The translations under genes and the position numbers were made by a program. A stretch of 63,413 bases of DNA, counting the filler, from Octopus bimaculoides (taxonomy: Eukaryota): NCBI RefSeq assembly GCF_001194135.2. It is 4 parts of 4 records of this genome, joined end to end, with 100 filler letters (N's around TTAATTAATTAA, not from the genome) between each part and the next. Parts side by side here need not be neighbours in the genome. Positions count along the whole stretch, not along the records: positions 52,726 to 63,413 come from NC_068987.1; 3 more parts are not named here. The stretch is one strand, 5' to 3'. Below the pieces are notes generated by a model that was not told the DNA's origin, ran no database searches, and saw only the letters and a program-made list of their open reading frames with translations. Below are positions 62,426 to 63,413 of this stretch, one piece after another; the stretch's first letter is position 1; every line of letters begins with the position of its first letter.

Positions 62426-63413
62426 CAGTGGTACCTTTAATTATGAGTATCCCAACTAACGAGTTTTTCGAGATACGAGCCGTCTTTCGGCCGATTTTTT
62501 TGCTTTGAATTGCGAGCTTAAATTTTGGTTTACGAGCCAGCTTCAGATACCCCACTCGATATCTAGACAGATATGCACGTTAGCAAGTGCAAAGATCGAT
62601 ATCTAGACAGACATGAGCGTTAGCAAGTGCAGAGATCGTTAGTGGACCGTTAGCTAGACGAGTGTTGAAATGCTTAGTTAGTCGTTGCAGGTTACAGAAG
62701 CATCAGTGTTGTGCTCGCGATTCCTCTGCATGGAAGAAGCTGTGGCCTGAAGTTGTGCCTGAAACGGACTTTGAAAGACTCGAACTCGAGGTAGAGGAGA
62801 GTGTATCCCTCGGCAAGTCCATGGGTCTGGATGTAGATGAAGAGGACATCAATAAGCTCATCGAGGAGCACTCCGAGGAACTGACAACGGAAGAGCTAAA
62901 GGAGCTACAGACGCAGCAGCACACGGAGGTTTTGCAGGAAATAGGGGACGTGGAGGAAACGGAAGAGGTTATCTCTACAAGTGCGATAAAGAAATTGTTG
63001 GGAATATGGGAGAAACTTCCAGACTTTTATTCGAAAGAAACAACCAGAAAAGGTTGCAGCTGGGCGTGCGACGGCGCTATTTAATGGCACTTACCTAACG
63101 CATTTCAGAAATACTCTGAAAGTGAGGATCAAACAGATCTTATTGGACAGGTTTTTATCGAAAACTCCTGCAGATGAAAGTGGGGAAAGCGTGGCGAAAA
63201 GGGCAAAAATCAGCGAATAAGATTCAGTTATTTAGTTCAGCCTTTCTCCTCCACCTCCATCAGCATCCTCAAGTCATCTGATCTCCATGGTAAATGCTGT
63301 ACATGATACTTAATAAAACGAGTTTATTGCAATACATTCTATTTATATTGTGTTTTTTTTTATACATTATTCATTATTTATAGGTAGATTTTTCTTATTT
63401 AAAAACACGTAAC
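62426..63413 (+). mobile_element. Non-autonomous Tigger (TIGD1-like) derivative running off the window
   Basis: TA|CAGTGGTACCT start; SSAWKKLWPEVV..SLGKSMGLDVDEEDINKLIEEHSEELTTEELKEL.., frameshift, then ..THFRNTLK..LLDRFL..AKRAKISE*. 40-bp tandem duplication at 62559-62638. Confidence 0.88.

Noticed and set aside
8850-62555. Many ORFs containing X runs, or poly-CV/HT/YI/H/L tracts
   Set aside because: They are open only because of N gaps or simple repeats.

Overview
A eukaryotic, AT-rich draft-assembly window packed with repeats and containing about 20 N gaps. The SINE, RTE and microsatellite repertoire points to an octopus (coleoid cephalopod); that species call is my inference from recalled repeat families. 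I found no host protein-coding gene. Almost all long ORFs in the track are microsatellite or N-gap artefacts, or decayed transposon fragments. Transposon content: three tRNA-derived SINE families (here called A, B and C, about 25 copies, several with TSDs), RTE LINE fragments (one with a PHD-like Cys/His finger inside ORF2), mariner, Tigger/pogo and Charlie-type hAT relics, and Penelope-like fragments. The main unannotated signal is a set of minimal type I hammerhead ribozyme motifs with palindromic stem III, typical of Penelope-like elements and retrozymes. Seven have an intact CUGANGA/GAAA core and a paired stem I (6-78, 4473-4556, 4808-4906, 5003-5101, 5446-5533, 37939-37983, 59022-59089); several more are degenerate or half copies. 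Three loci form ~150-bp inverted repeats carrying divergent ribozyme pairs, and three motifs share an unusual U10.1-U11.1 opposition. Other notable items: two triple SINE stacks with repeated target-like spacers, a 215-bp LINE-like insertion with a 16-bp TSD inside a SINE tRNA head, a hAT end resembling fish elements (from memory), and several assembly artefacts. All structures were read by eye; no folding or database search was run.
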